A stretch of DNA of 64,000 nt from Clostridia bacterium (lineage in GTDB: Bacteria; Bacillota; Clostridia; Oscillospirales; Acutalibacteraceae): positions 16,011 through 80,010 of the forward strand of contig JAFXCQ010000021.1 in NCBI GenBank assembly GCA_017521425.1, in the 5' to 3' direction. The position numbers were made by a program, and so were the translations under genes. Positions 34,486 through 44,204 of this stretch are shown one piece after another. Under the pieces are notes generated by a model, which was given only the letters and a program-made list of their open reading frames with translations, was not told the origin of the DNA and did no database searches. Each line of letters starts with the position of its first letter. The first letter of the stretch is position 1.

Positions 34486-35077
34486 TTGTTTTACCTTCCT
34501 TTTTTCTTTTTTCAATATCCTTAAGATTTAATCTGAATTCCTTTGCAATCCATATAAATGATAATATCCACGCACCAGGGATAGCAACAACAAAATCAAT
34601 TCTGCCCATCGGAATTGCAGCAACAATATCGAAAAATATCCCTGCATCTATTTTTAAAATCATAAAAAACCAGAGTGCAACCACAAAAAGTCTTGCAAAT
34701 GGGAGTATAACAGCAACTGACCAGCAAAGACACGCAATTTGCGGGCCCCAGTACTTCGGAATTTTCCACATCATTGTAACATATCTGTCTGCATCACCAA
34801 AAGAAATGTAAGACAAATACTTTTTTAAATCTGTTTCATTTGTAATTGGCCTTTTGTAACCAATAAAACCATAATAAGCAACCAGGCAATAAAATAAAAA
34901 AGAAATTACATTTATTGTTATGAGCCCTTGCCAACCAAAAAAGAGAACATTTAAAAGCGGGTTGCCTTCAAGCTCTAAATTGGGTGTTGCAATATATGTG
35001 AAATATAAATCTAAAAATGTAACAACAAAAAACGATGTTACTGAAAGAATAAAACCTGTTTTGTTATTAGTTTTCAT
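34478..35077 (-). CDS. Uncharacterised polytopic membrane protein
   Basis: 199 aa with about five hydrophobic helices. It appears translationally coupled to the kinase-like gene (8-nt overlap). Confidence 0.5.
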   Translation of the reverse strand: MKTNNKTGFILSVTSFFVVTFLDLYFTYIATPNLELEGNPLLNVLFFGWQGLITINVISFLFYCLVAYYGFIGYKRPITNETDLKKYLSYISFGDADRYVTMMWKIPKYWGPQIACLCWSVAVILPFARLFVVALWFFMILKIDAGIFFDIVAAIPMGRIDFVVAIPGAWILSFIWIAKEFRLNLKDIEKRKKEGKTSD

Positions 35078-35186
35078 AAGTTAACACCTGAAAAATATAA
35101 TACCTTTATTTTAACATTATTTTATAAAAATGCAATATTCACCAAGAAAATTTTTCTTCATATATTAATAAAAGGAGTTGAGCATA

Positions 35187-35441
35187 ATGCAAATGACTTT
35201 ATATGATTTAAATATCGGTGAAACTGCTTTAGTGATTGATATAAATACGGATATTTGTTTAAAGCAACGATTGCGAGACATTGGGCTTATAAAAAACAGT
35301 GAGATTAAATTTCTCCATAGTAGCCCGTCGGGTAATCCACGTGCTTATTTAATAAAGGGAAGTGTAATTGCTTTAAGAAATTGTGATGCAAAAAAAATAA
35401 AAGTTTTGAAGAGTGGTGAGGGTTGTGGTGGAAAATGTTAA
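35187..35441 (+). CDS. feoA: Ferrous iron transport protein A (FeoA family)
   Basis: ATG 35187 lies after AAGGAG. The small SH3-like protein has L.IGETALVIDI, RLRDIGLIKNSEI and G.VIALR. Confidence 0.8.
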   Translation: MQMTLYDLNIGETALVIDINTDICLKQRLRDIGLIKNSEIKFLHSSPSGNPRAYLIKGSVIALRNCDAKKIKVLKSGEGCGGKC

Positions 35442-37491
35442 AATAGCTCTTGCAGGTAACCCGAATGTAGGTAAAAGTACAGTTTTTAATGCATTAACAG
35501 GGTTGAAACAGCACACAGGTAACTGGACGGGTAAAACTGTCGGTGTGTTTTCGGGAGAATTTAAACATAACAGTAAAACTTATGAGATTGTAGATGTGCC
35601 TGGTACTTATTCTTTAATTCCACATTCAAAGGAAGAAAGTGTTGCAAGAGATTTTTTATGCTTTTCACAGAATGATAAAATTTTGATTGTATGTGATGCA
35701 ACTTCACTTGAAAGAAATCTTTATTTTGTTTATCAGATTTTAGAATTGAACAAAGATACTGTGGTTTGTGTGAATTTACTTGATGAGGCGAAGAAAAAGG
35801 GGATAGAAATTGACCTCCAGTTATTATCGTATGAATTAGGGGTAACAGTTGTAGGTGCGGCAGCAAGAGAAGAGCAAGGTATTTATGAAATAAAAAAAGC
35901 ACTTGCAGATAGAAATACTAAAAAAATTAAAAGAATTAAATATCAAAAGACAATTGAACAAGCACTCGAATATATTTATCCTGTACTTTTTAAGCTTGAT
36001 TTAAAAGAACTTGATAAGCGTTGGCTTTCGTTAAGATTATTAGATGGTGATGATGAGTTTTTTGATAGTTTAAAAGCATATTTAGGTTACGATTTGAGAG
36101 TAAATGAATTTATAAATAACACAATTAAAAAAGCTTGGATATTATTAAATGATAATGGTATTGACAAAGAAGGACTATGCGAGCTTATAGCTGAAAAATT
36201 ATATAACGAAGCAACTGAAGTGTCAGACAGAGTTACTTTATCAAAACAAAAAACTAATATAAGGAAGGATTTGAAAATTGACAGATACATTACCGGTAAA
36301 TACACTTCATATTTAGTTTTGGGCATAATTCTGTTTCTTGTTTTTTATATTACCATTGTTGGTGCTAATATACCGTCAGGTCTTTTAATGGACTTTTTTA
36401 CAAAATCTGAAAGTGTAATATATCAGTTTTTTGAAAATATTGGTGTCGGTCAATTTATAAATGATATGTTTGTAAAGGGTGGTTTTAGAGTGCTCGGTTG
36501 GGTGGTTTCTGTTATGCTTCCACCAATGGCAATATTTTTTCCGCTTTTTACAATACTTGAAGATTTGGGTGTTTTACCAAGAATTACTTATGTTTTAGAT
36601 AGTAAGTTTCAAAAAGCGAATACTTGCGGTAAACAGGCATTAACTATTTGTATGGGTTTTGGTTGTAACTGTGTGGGGGTTACAGGTGCAAGAATTATTG
36701 ATTCTAAAAGAGAGCGATTGATTGCAATATTAACTAACAGCTTTACACCTTGTAACGGTAGATTCCCTGCAATAATCAAGCTTATTTCAATATTTTTTAT
36801 TTCTGTCTCAACTGGGGGTAATGAATTTTTAAGTGCAGTGTTTTTGTCGGTAGTTATTGTTTTTAGTATTACGATAACATTATTCGTTTCAAATCTGCTT
36901 TCTAAAACTATTTTAAAAGGCGAAAAGTCACATTATATATTAGAACTACCATCCTACAGAAAACCGCAAATAACAAAGGTTATAACAAGGTCATTAGTAA
37001 ACAGAACAATTTTTGTCTTAGGTAGGGCAGTGGTAGTAGCTTTTCCTGCTGGTATAATTATCTGGTTGTTACTTAATTGCGGAAACAAAATTATATTAGA
37101 AAGTATTATTTCATTTTTTTCGCCAATAGGTGCGTTTTTAGGTCTTGATGGTGAAATATTGACTTCGTTTATACTTGGTATTCCTGCAAACGAAATTGTT
37201 TTGCCAATTGTTTTAATGACTTATTCAGGAAGCCAGGAACTACTTTCAGTTGAAAGTGCAGAAATAATCAGTAAAATTCTTATAGAAAATAGCTGGACAA
37301 TTAAAACGGCTATTTGCTTTATAATGTTTTCAGTTTTTCATTTTCCGTGTGCTACAACGCTTATTACCGTTTTTAAAGAAACTAAAAGTTTTAAATGGAT
37401 GATTCTTTCTTTCGTGATACCGACTGCTTTAGGGGTAACAATTTGTGCGATTTTGAATTGTATTTTTAGTATTTTTGAATATATAGTGTGA
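35413..37491 (+). CDS. feoB: Ferrous iron transport protein B
   Basis: The G-domain has IALAGNPNVGKSTVFNALTG and VDVPGTYSL, followed by a polytopic permease domain. The exact start is uncertain (several GTGs between 35413 and 35425). Confidence 0.9.
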   Translation: MVRVVVENVKIALAGNPNVGKSTVFNALTGLKQHTGNWTGKTVGVFSGEFKHNSKTYEIVDVPGTYSLIPHSKEESVARDFLCFSQNDKILIVCDATSLERNLYFVYQILELNKDTVVCVNLLDEAKKKGIEIDLQLLSYELGVTVVGAAAREEQGIYEIKKALADRNTKKIKRIKYQKTIEQALEYIYPVLFKLDLKELDKRWLSLRLLDGDDEFFDSLKAYLGYDLRVNEFINNTIKKAWILLNDNGIDKEGLCELIAEKLYNEATEVSDRVTLSKQKTNIRKDLKIDRYITGKYTSYLVLGIILFLVFYITIVGANIPSGLLMDFFTKSESVIYQFFENIGVGQFINDMFVKGGFRVLGWVVSVMLPPMAIFFPLFTILEDLGVLPRITYVLDSKFQKANTCGKQALTICMGFGCNCVGVTGARIIDSKRERLIAILTNSFTPCNGRFPAIIKLISIFFISVSTGGNEFLSAVFLSVVIVFSITITLFVSNLLSKTILKGEKSHYILELPSYRKPQITKVITRSLVNRTIFVLGRAVVVAFPAGIIIWLLLNCGNKIILESIISFFSPIGAFLGLDGEILTSFILGIPANEIVLPIVLMTYSGSQELLSVESAEIISKILIENSWTIKTAICFIMFSVFHFPCATTLITVFKETKSFKWMILSFVIPTALGVTICAILNCIFSIFEYIV

Positions 37492-37527
37492 AATTTTAAA
37501 TTTTTTAAAATAAATTTCAAAAAAGGG

Positions 37528-37556
37528 TTGCTTTTTTTGTCGGTTTATGATAATAT
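37528..37556 (+). promoter_or_regulatory. Putative SigA promoter of rpmE
   Basis: TTGCTT (37528-37533), a 17-nt spacer, then TAATAT (37551-37556), about 55 nt upstream of ATG 37611. Confidence 0.5.
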
Positions 37557-37610
37557 TCTCGTGCTAATGTGTATTTAAAGTTTAAATGTTATTTAAAGAG
37601 GTGACAATAA

Positions 37611-37814
37611 ATGAAAGAAGGACTTCATCCAAACTACGCACCAACACAGGTAAAATGTGCTTGCGGTGCTATCATTGAAACTGCTTCAACAAAGAGCGAT
37701 ATGCGTGTTGATATCTGCTCAAACTGCCATCCATTCTTCACAGGTAAACAAAAACTTGTTGATACAGGCGGACGTGTTGACAGATTCAATAAGAAATACA
37801 ATCTTTCAAAATAA
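37611..37814 (+). CDS. rpmE: 50S ribosomal protein L31
   Basis: MKEGLHPNY...CAC...[28 protein letters not shown] is the canonical Zn-binding type A L31. Confidence 0.95.
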   Translation: MKEGLHPNYAPTQVKCACGAIIETASTKSDMRVDICSNCHPFFTGKQKLVDTGGRVDRFNKKYNLSK

Positions 37815-37829
37815 TTGTGTGCTTAAATG

Positions 37830-37853
37830 GGCGGTGAGTTATCACCGCCTTTT
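37830..37853 (+). terminator. Rho-independent terminator after rpmE
   Basis: ggcggtga (37830-37837), loop gtta, tcaccgcc (37842-37849), then tttt. Confidence 0.8.
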
Positions 37854-37876
37854 AGCATATCTAAGGGGGTGTAAGT

Positions 37877-38500
37877 ATGGCAGATATCTACAAAACATTA
37901 AGAGAATATGCAGAAACTGAATATATAATAAAAAAATCTAAGTTTTTAAGCTACTCAAAGCCAGTGAAAACTGAGCAGGAAGCACAGGAGTTTATTGCTT
38001 CAATTAAGCAAAAGCATTGGAATGCAACCCATAATGTGTACGCTTATTGCATCCGAGAAGGTAATATTAAAAGATATTCTGATGATGGTGAGCCACAGGG
38101 TACTGCGGGTATGCCAACTTTAAATGTTTTGACTCAGGAAGATATTACTGACTGTGTTGTTGTCGTAACGAGATATTTCGGTGGTATTCTTTTAGGTGGA
38201 GGCGGTCTTGTTCGTGCTTACTCACACTCAGCAAAGCTTGGTGTTGATGCTTCAGGCATTATAACACTTATGCCCTGGAAAATTTTTACTGTTTCAGTTG
38301 ATTATACGTTTTATAATAAAATTGATACTTTAATACGCGACTCAGGTGGTGTAGTAATAAATTCTGATTTCGGAGAAAATGTTACACTCGAATTTCGTAT
38401 AATAGATGAAGTAAAAGATGATTTATTTAAAAATTGTGCCGATTTAACTAATGGTAAGGTTACCCCAAAAGAATGCGGAGAAGTTATAGCAGAAGGTTGA
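37877..38500 (+). CDS. yigZ: YigZ / IMPACT family protein (UPF0029)
   Basis: It has IKKSKFLSY, HWNATHNVYAY, SDDGEPQGTAGMP and VVVTRYFGGILLGGGGLVRAY. Confidence 0.85.
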   Translation: MADIYKTLREYAETEYIIKKSKFLSYSKPVKTEQEAQEFIASIKQKHWNATHNVYAYCIREGNIKRYSDDGEPQGTAGMPTLNVLTQEDITDCVVVVTRYFGGILLGGGGLVRAYSHSAKLGVDASGIITLMPWKIFTVSVDYTFYNKIDTLIRDSGGVVINSDFGENVTLEFRIIDEVKDDLFKNCADLTNGKVTPKECGEVIAEG

Positions 38501-38607
38501 ATTTTGGCGAATTTTAAAAAATTTTAAGAAATTTTCAAAAAATTTAAATTTTTTGAAGGGAAAAAAAGAACACCCGCGTATTATAAGGGTGTAAGAAGGT
38601 GATATTC

Positions 38608-39612
38608 GTGTCAGGGGAAATAAGATTAAGAACTCTTGAAAGGGAAAAAAGAGAACTTTCAAAATATGCTATGCTTTGTATGGATACTAAAGGCAGACAG
38701 GTTTTAGAAGAAGAATGTCCTGTCAGAACTGCGTATCAGCGCGACCGAGACAGAATATTGCACTCATCCTCATTCAGAAGATTGAAGGACAAAACACAGG
38801 TTTTTTTGTCACCTGATAATGTTCATTACAGAACACGTCTAACTCATACATTAGAGGTTAGTCAGATAGCAAGAACTATTGCTCGTTCGCTTTCTCTTAA
38901 TGAAGATTTAACAGAAGCAATTGCTTTAGGTCACGATTTAGGTCATACACCATTCGGTCACGCGGGTGAAAGAGCTTTAAACGAGGTTTACCCAAAAGGT
39001 TTTACTCATTTTGAACAAAGCTTAAGAGTAGTTGATTGTCTTGAAAGAGATGGTATTGGTCTTAATCTTACAGAGGAAGTTCGTGACGGAATTCTTTGTC
39101 ATACAAAAGGACCTGAAGCGAAAACACTCGAAGGTAGAATTATTAAATTAGCAGATAAAATCGCTTATATTAACCATGATATTGATGATGCAAAAAGAGC
39201 GAATGTTTTAACAGAGGACGATATTCCGTTAGAAATTCGTATGACTGTTGGTTTCAGTAAAAGTGAAAGAATAAACAAATTCGTAATGTCTGTTATTGAA
39301 AATACAGAAGACGATGTTAAAATGTCAGATGAAGTTCAACAAGCGTTCACAGAGCTTCATAGTTTTATGTTTAAAAATGTTTATACTAACCCTGTATGTA
39401 AAAGTGAAGAATTCAGGGCAGAGGATATGATAAAACAGTTGTATAAATATTTTTCACTTTATCCTGATAAAATGCCTGATTTTTATTACCAGATAGCATT
39501 AAAGGAAGGTTCTGAAAGAGCCGCTTGCGATTTTATTTCGGGAATGACCGACGCATTTTCAATTAAAATATTTACAGATTTGTTTGTACCAAAAACTTGG
39601 GGATACAAATAA
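38608..39612 (+). CDS. dgt: dGTP triphosphohydrolase-like HD-domain protein
   Basis: It has YQRDRDRILHSSSFRRLKDKTQVF, RTRLTHTLEV and LGHDLGHTPFGH. I chose GTG 38608, after AAGAAGGTG. The ORF track starts at 38599. Confidence 0.85.
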   Translation: MSGEIRLRTLEREKRELSKYAMLCMDTKGRQVLEEECPVRTAYQRDRDRILHSSSFRRLKDKTQVFLSPDNVHYRTRLTHTLEVSQIARTIARSLSLNEDLTEAIALGHDLGHTPFGHAGERALNEVYPKGFTHFEQSLRVVDCLERDGIGLNLTEEVRDGILCHTKGPEAKTLEGRIIKLADKIAYINHDIDDAKRANVLTEDDIPLEIRMTVGFSKSERINKFVMSVIENTEDDVKMSDEVQQAFTELHSFMFKNVYTNPVCKSEEFRAEDMIKQLYKYFSLYPDKMPDFYYQIALKEGSERAACDFISGMTDAFSIKIFTDLFVPKTWGYK

Positions 39613-39676
39613 AGTGAAGAGTGAAGAACGTGAATTAGAGTGAGAATTAAAATGGGAAGTTGAAAGGGGTGAGAGT

Positions 39677-41470
39677 GTGGCTGTTAGATTATCTGATGAT
39701 TTTTTAGAACAAATCCGTGACAGAAATGATATTGAATCAGTAATTTCAAATTATGTTGAACTAAAAAGACGTGGCCGCAACCTCACAGGGCTTTGTCCGT
39801 TTCATAACGAAAAGACCCCATCATTTACAGTTTACCCTGAAACTTCATCGTATTATTGTTTTGGTTGCCACGTTGGTGGCGATGTAATTACATTTATAAG
39901 AAATATTGAAAATTTAGATTATATAGATGCAGTTAAGTTTTTAGCTGATAGAAGTGGCATTAAAATGCCTGATGAAAATTTTGATGATACAGTTCACGAA
40001 AAACGTAAATTAACTTATGAAGCTAACCGTGCCGCTGCAAAGTTTTTTCACGAAACCTTGTTAAGTGAAAAAGGTAAAACACAGTTGCAGTATTTTATAG
40101 ACCGTGGACTTTCTAAAAGTGATATTACTCACTTTGGTTTAGGGGCTGCCCCTGATGATTGGCACGAGCTTACAAATTATCTTGTTTCACAAGGCTTTAA
40201 AAAAGATGATTTAGTCCGTGCGGACTTAATAAAACTTTCGGAAAAAAATGGCAAAAAGAATTATTATGATAATTTCAGGAACAGAGTGATTTTTCCTGTT
40301 ATAGATTTGCGCGGTAATGTTATTGCATTCGGTGGCAGAGTTTTAGATGACAGTAAACCGAAATATATAAACACAGGTGATACGCCGGTTTATAAAAAAG
40401 GTCGGGAGCTTTTTGCTTTAAACTTTGCAAAAAATGGTAATAATGGTAAGCTTATTTTATGTGAAGGTTATATGGATGTTATAGCGCTCCATAAATATGG
40501 TTTTAAAAATGCTATTGCAGGTCTTGGTACAGCTTTGACACCAGAACAGGTTACATTGATTTCACGCTATGCAGAAGAAGTTTTTCTTTGCTACGATGCT
40601 GATGAGCCAGGGCAAAAGGCTGTAAAAGCCGCTTTGGCACTCTTTTCAAAAACAGGGGTTAAAGTAAAGGTTATAATGATGCCAGGTAGTAAAGAAATAG
40701 ATAAAGATGCTGATGAAATTTTAAGAAAACCTGGTGGACCTGATAGATTCAAGACTCTTATGGATAATGCACTTAATGCGGTTGAGTATTATTTGCATAT
40801 AACAAAAGCCAAGTATAATCTTCAAACTGCGGATGGAAGAAAAAATTATCTTAACGATGCTTCAAAAATTCTTGTAAGAGTAGGACCGATTGAACGAGAT
40901 GTTTATGCCTCAAAGCTTGCGGAAGAATTAGGTGTAGACAAAAATTCAATTTTAACAACAGTTAATTATAATACAACTAAAGAAAATAAATCGGTTAAAC
41001 GCGAAGAGTTTAAAACTGCACAAAAAGAAGAACGCGAAGCACAGAAATCTTTCGACCCCGAAAGAGCAAAATTTTTAAGAGCCGCGAAGGCAGAAGATAT
41101 TATTCTTATTTCATTGTTAAATAATACAGCATTTTATAATAAATTAAAGGCAGATTTAACCAGTGACCTTTTCATAACGCCGTTAAATAAAAAATTATTA
41201 AATCTTATTGTTGGGCGAATTGATGAAGGGTTGAGTGTTGAAATTTCGCTTTTAGCACCACATCTTACTTCTGATGAAATGAATGTGGTTGCAAGGCTGT
41301 TTGCTGATACTTCTATGGTTTCAAATACTATTGAGGAATGTGTGGATTGCATCAATGTATTAAAAAACGAGAAGGAAAAGCAAGAGAACAAAGCTCCGTC
41401 ATCTATGGATGACCAAGCGTTTTTAGATTTCTTTGCGTCTTTAAAGAAATCAGAAGATGAGAAAAAGTAA
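39677..41470 (+). CDS. dnaG: DNA primase
   Basis: It has the zinc finger [13 protein letters not shown]...CFGC, a TOPRIM region ([19 protein letters not shown]) and a C-terminal helicase-interaction domain. Confidence 0.95.
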   Translation: MAVRLSDDFLEQIRDRNDIESVISNYVELKRRGRNLTGLCPFHNEKTPSFTVYPETSSYYCFGCHVGGDVITFIRNIENLDYIDAVKFLADRSGIKMPDENFDDTVHEKRKLTYEANRAAAKFFHETLLSEKGKTQLQYFIDRGLSKSDITHFGLGAAPDDWHELTNYLVSQGFKKDDLVRADLIKLSEKNGKKNYYDNFRNRVIFPVIDLRGNVIAFGGRVLDDSKPKYINTGDTPVYKKGRELFALNFAKNGNNGKLILCEGYMDVIALHKYGFKNAIAGLGTALTPEQVTLISRYAEEVFLCYDADEPGQKAVKAALALFSKTGVKVKVIMMPGSKEIDKDADEILRKPGGPDRFKTLMDNALNAVEYYLHITKAKYNLQTADGRKNYLNDASKILVRVGPIERDVYASKLAEELGVDKNSILTTVNYNTTKENKSVKREEFKTAQKEEREAQKSFDPERAKFLRAAKAEDIILISLLNNTAFYNKLKADLTSDLFITPLNKKLLNLIVGRIDEGLSVEISLLAPHLTSDEMNVVARLFADTSMVSNTIEECVDCINVLKNEKEKQENKAPSSMDDQAFLDFFASLKKSEDEKK

Positions 41471-41492
41471 TTGTGAAAAGAAAGGTGTAAAA

Positions 41493-42587
41493 ATGGAAGG
41501 ATTAGACAAAAAACCACAAATTAAAGCATTGATTGAAAAAGGTAAGGCAACAGGTAAGCTTACCACTCACGAAATTGATGCTGTAATTCTTGAAATGGAT
41601 TTTGATATTGAAGAACTTGACAAGCTCTATGAAACTGTTGAGAGCAACAATATTGAAATTATTGATGACCTTGGCGATGAAATGCTTGATGCACTTTCGT
41701 TTGACCTCGATGTGTCAAAAAATGTTGAAGAAGAAGCATCTGCAGATGCAAAAAATATTGCAATTGATGACCCTGTTAAGGTTTATTTAAAAGAAATTGG
41801 TAGAGTACCACTTTTAACACCCGAAGAGGAAATTGAGCTTGCTATGAGAATTTCTTCAGATGATGAGGAAGCAAAGAAAAGACTTTCTGAATCAAACCTT
41901 CGTCTTGTTGTTAGTATCGCAAAAAGATATGTTGGACGTGGTATGCAATTCTTAGATCTTATTCAAGAAGGTAACTTAGGTCTTATTAAAGCTGTTGATA
42001 AGTTTGACTACACAAAAGGCTTCAAATTCTCAACCTATGCTACATGGTGGATTAGACAAGCTATCACTCGTGCTATTGCAGACCAGGCAAGAACAATTCG
42101 TATTCCTGTTCATATGGTTGAAACAATTAACAAAGTTAAAAAAACTAACAGTCAGCTTCTCCATGAAAATGGCAGAGACCCGACTGCTGAAGAAATTGCA
42201 GCAAAGCTTGATATGCCGGTAGATAAGGTTCGCGAGATTCTTCGTGTTGCTCAAGAGCCTGTTTCTCTTGAAACACCAATCGGTGAAGAGGAAGACAGCC
42301 ATTTAGGCGACTTTATTCCTGATGATGATGCACAAGCACCTGTTGATGCGGCATCTATGGCTTTAATGCGTGAACAACTTTCTGAAGTTCTTAAAACACT
42401 CACTCCAAGAGAAGCAAGAGTTTTAAGTCTTCGTTATGGTCTTGATGATGGTAATCCAAAAACTCTTGAAGAAGTTGGTAAAGAATTCCAGGTTACAAGA
42501 GAGCGTATCCGTCAGATTGAAGCAAAAGCATTAAGAAAGCTTCGTCACCCAAGTAGAAGCAAAAAACTCAAGGATTTCCTTGATTGA
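41493..42587 (+). CDS. sigA: RNA polymerase primary sigma factor
   Basis: ATG 41493 lies after AAAGGTG. It has region 1.2 [11 protein letters not shown], region 2 [36 protein letters not shown], and region 4 [20 protein letters not shown]. Confidence 0.95.
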   Translation: MEGLDKKPQIKALIEKGKATGKLTTHEIDAVILEMDFDIEELDKLYETVESNNIEIIDDLGDEMLDALSFDLDVSKNVEEEASADAKNIAIDDPVKVYLKEIGRVPLLTPEEEIELAMRISSDDEEAKKRLSESNLRLVVSIAKRYVGRGMQFLDLIQEGNLGLIKAVDKFDYTKGFKFSTYATWWIRQAITRAIADQARTIRIPVHMVETINKVKKTNSQLLHENGRDPTAEEIAAKLDMPVDKVREILRVAQEPVSLETPIGEEEDSHLGDFIPDDDAQAPVDAASMALMREQLSEVLKTLTPREARVLSLRYGLDDGNPKTLEEVGKEFQVTRERIRQIEAKALRKLRHPSRSKKLKDFLD

Positions 42588-42596
42588 TAAAATTAA

Positions 42597-42627
42597 GGGT
42601 TAGTCATAAGACTAACCCTGATTATTT
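42597..42627 (+). terminator. Rho-independent terminator after sigA
   Basis: gggttagtc (42597-42605), loop ataa, gactaaccc (42610-42618), then a T-rich tail (tgattattt). Confidence 0.75.
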
Positions 42628-42636
42628 AGGTGTGTT

Positions 42637-43410
42637 ATGAAATTTAAAAAATATATAATAATAGGAGTAATTGCTATTATAGCCGTTACTGGTGTAGTTG
42701 GAGGTGTGATTTTTATGAACGAAAAGAATGAAATAGAATTTTATAAAAATCAACCTTTAAATTTACCAGAATACTTTACATACACCGCACACACAGGTTG
42801 TTGTGGCACAGAAGATAATTCTCTTGAAGCTATAAAAGTAGGCATAGAAAATGGTTCAGATATCGTTGAATTTGATTTGTATTTCAATGATGAAAATGTT
42901 GCAGTACTTTCTCACGACAAACCAAGAGGTAATGAAGTTACACTTGATGAAGCATTTGAATTTTTAAGTGCTTATGAAAATTTGAAAGTTAATGTCGATG
43001 TCAAATTGTGTAATGATAATCTGCATATTGTTTATGATTTAGCAGAAAAACATAATATTACAGACAGAATTTTCTTTACAGGTATCAATCTCGAAGATGT
43101 TGAAATAGTAAAGAAAGAATGTCCAACTGTGCCTTATTATCTCAATTACGAGGTTTTAAAAGAGAGTAAACAAACAACAGAATATCTTAATGACCTTGTA
43201 AAAATCGTAAAAGATACCGGGGCAATAGGTATTAACTTTAATAAAGATTCTGCGACAAAGGAATTGGTTAATACATTCCATAATAACGGTTTACTTGTTT
43301 CAATCTGGACAGTAAACGAAGAAAAAGATATGTTTAAAATCCTTTATTTCGCACCGGATAATATAACAACAAGAAATCCTGATGTCTTGAAAGAATTTTT
43401 AGGCGTTTGA
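42637..43410 (+). CDS. Glycerophosphodiester phosphodiesterase family protein with an N-terminal TM anchor
   Basis: AHTGCCGTEDNSLEAIKVGIENGSDIVEFDL follows the GDPD signature (HRG...EN...A......GAD.IE.D), and IWTVN lies near the C-terminus. Confidence 0.7.
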   Translation: MKFKKYIIIGVIAIIAVTGVVGGVIFMNEKNEIEFYKNQPLNLPEYFTYTAHTGCCGTEDNSLEAIKVGIENGSDIVEFDLYFNDENVAVLSHDKPRGNEVTLDEAFEFLSAYENLKVNVDVKLCNDNLHIVYDLAEKHNITDRIFFTGINLEDVEIVKKECPTVPYYLNYEVLKESKQTTEYLNDLVKIVKDTGAIGINFNKDSATKELVNTFHNNGLLVSIWTVNEEKDMFKILYFAPDNITTRNPDVLKEFLGV

Positions 43411-44160
43411 TTTCTGCTTACCGGTATGGTCAATTTTATAATTATCCCAATATATAAGCTCACTGACGGTTACAAATTCGTAGCCGTCATTTTTTAATTT
43501 TTCTAAAATTTTTCTTAACGCATCAGGTGTATTTTCAATTCCATTGTGGAAAAGAAGAATTGAGCCATTCTCGGTTTTAGTAACAACTCTCGAAAACATT
43601 TCTTGGGCTGAAAGCTTCTTCCAGTCAAGAGAGTCAACCGACCATTGAATCATTTTCATATTCAAACTTTCTGCAATTTCAATACTTTTATTATCATAAT
43701 CGCCAGATGGTGCTCTCAAAAGCTTTACCTTTTCACCAGTAACTTTTTCAATCTTTTTATTACATTCTTCAATTTCTTTAATAACTTCTTCACGTGAAAC
43801 CTTGCTGAATAATTTGTGTGTATCAGAGTGGTTTGCAATTTCGTGACCTTTTTCATAAAATTTCTTAACTGCATCTGGGTTAGCATCAACCCATGTACCA
43901 AGAACAAAAATGGTAGCTTTTGCGTTGTAACTTTCTAATATTTCAATAATTTCATCTGTATCTTCTGCACTCCATGCCGCGTCAAATGTAATTGCAATTT
44001 TCTTTTCATTTGTTTCTACACAGTAAATAGGTAATCTTCTTATAGGATTATCACTTTTTATGGCAAACCCCATAATTGTTGAAAAGCTTGTGACTGCAAG
44101 CAGAAAAGAAAAAGCAAGAATAAAAACTGTATTTCTGTAATTTATAACTAAACATTTCAT
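43399..44160 (-). CDS. Polysaccharide deacetylase (NodB homology domain) with a signal/anchor sequence
   Basis: It has ITFDAAW, ATIFVLGTW, ANHSDTH, LLRAPSGDY and ILLFHN, the NodB motifs in order. Confidence 0.85.
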   Translation of the reverse strand: MKCLVINYRNTVFILAFSFLLAVTSFSTIMGFAIKSDNPIRRLPIYCVETNEKKIAITFDAAWSAEDTDEIIEILESYNAKATIFVLGTWVDANPDAVKKFYEKGHEIANHSDTHKLFSKVSREEVIKEIEECNKKIEKVTGEKVKLLRAPSGDYDNKSIEIAESLNMKMIQWSVDSLDWKKLSAQEMFSRVVTKTENGSILLFHNGIENTPDALRKILEKLKNDGYEFVTVSELIYWDNYKIDHTGKQKSNA

Positions 44161-44204
44161 AAAAATCCCCCTGATGAAGTTTATTCATCAAGGGGATAGT
44201 CCTA

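Noticed and set aside
35078-35186. Fur box upstream of feoAB
   Set aside because: The region is AT-rich, but I could not find a convincing match to the 19-bp Fur dyad (GATAATGATAATCATTATC). Calling one from AT-richness alone would be unsupported.
37657-37920. 87-aa ORF overlapping rpmE and the yigZ start
   Set aside because: It is out of frame within the highly conserved L31 gene and runs through its terminator hairpin. It is not credible as coding.
38501-38598. Low-complexity A/T word run (aattttaaaaaattttaagaaattttcaaaaaatttaaatttttt) as a possible regulatory RNA or repeat element
   Set aside because: There is no stable secondary structure and no repeat copy elsewhere in the window. It most likely reflects AT-rich promoter or UP-element-like spacer sequence ahead of dgt.
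38608-39612. dGTPase as an anti-phage nucleotide-depletion defence gene
   Set aside because: It sits in the conserved housekeeping arrangement dgt-dnaG-sigA seen in many Firmicutes. Nothing in the sequence or context marks it as an accessory defence copy.
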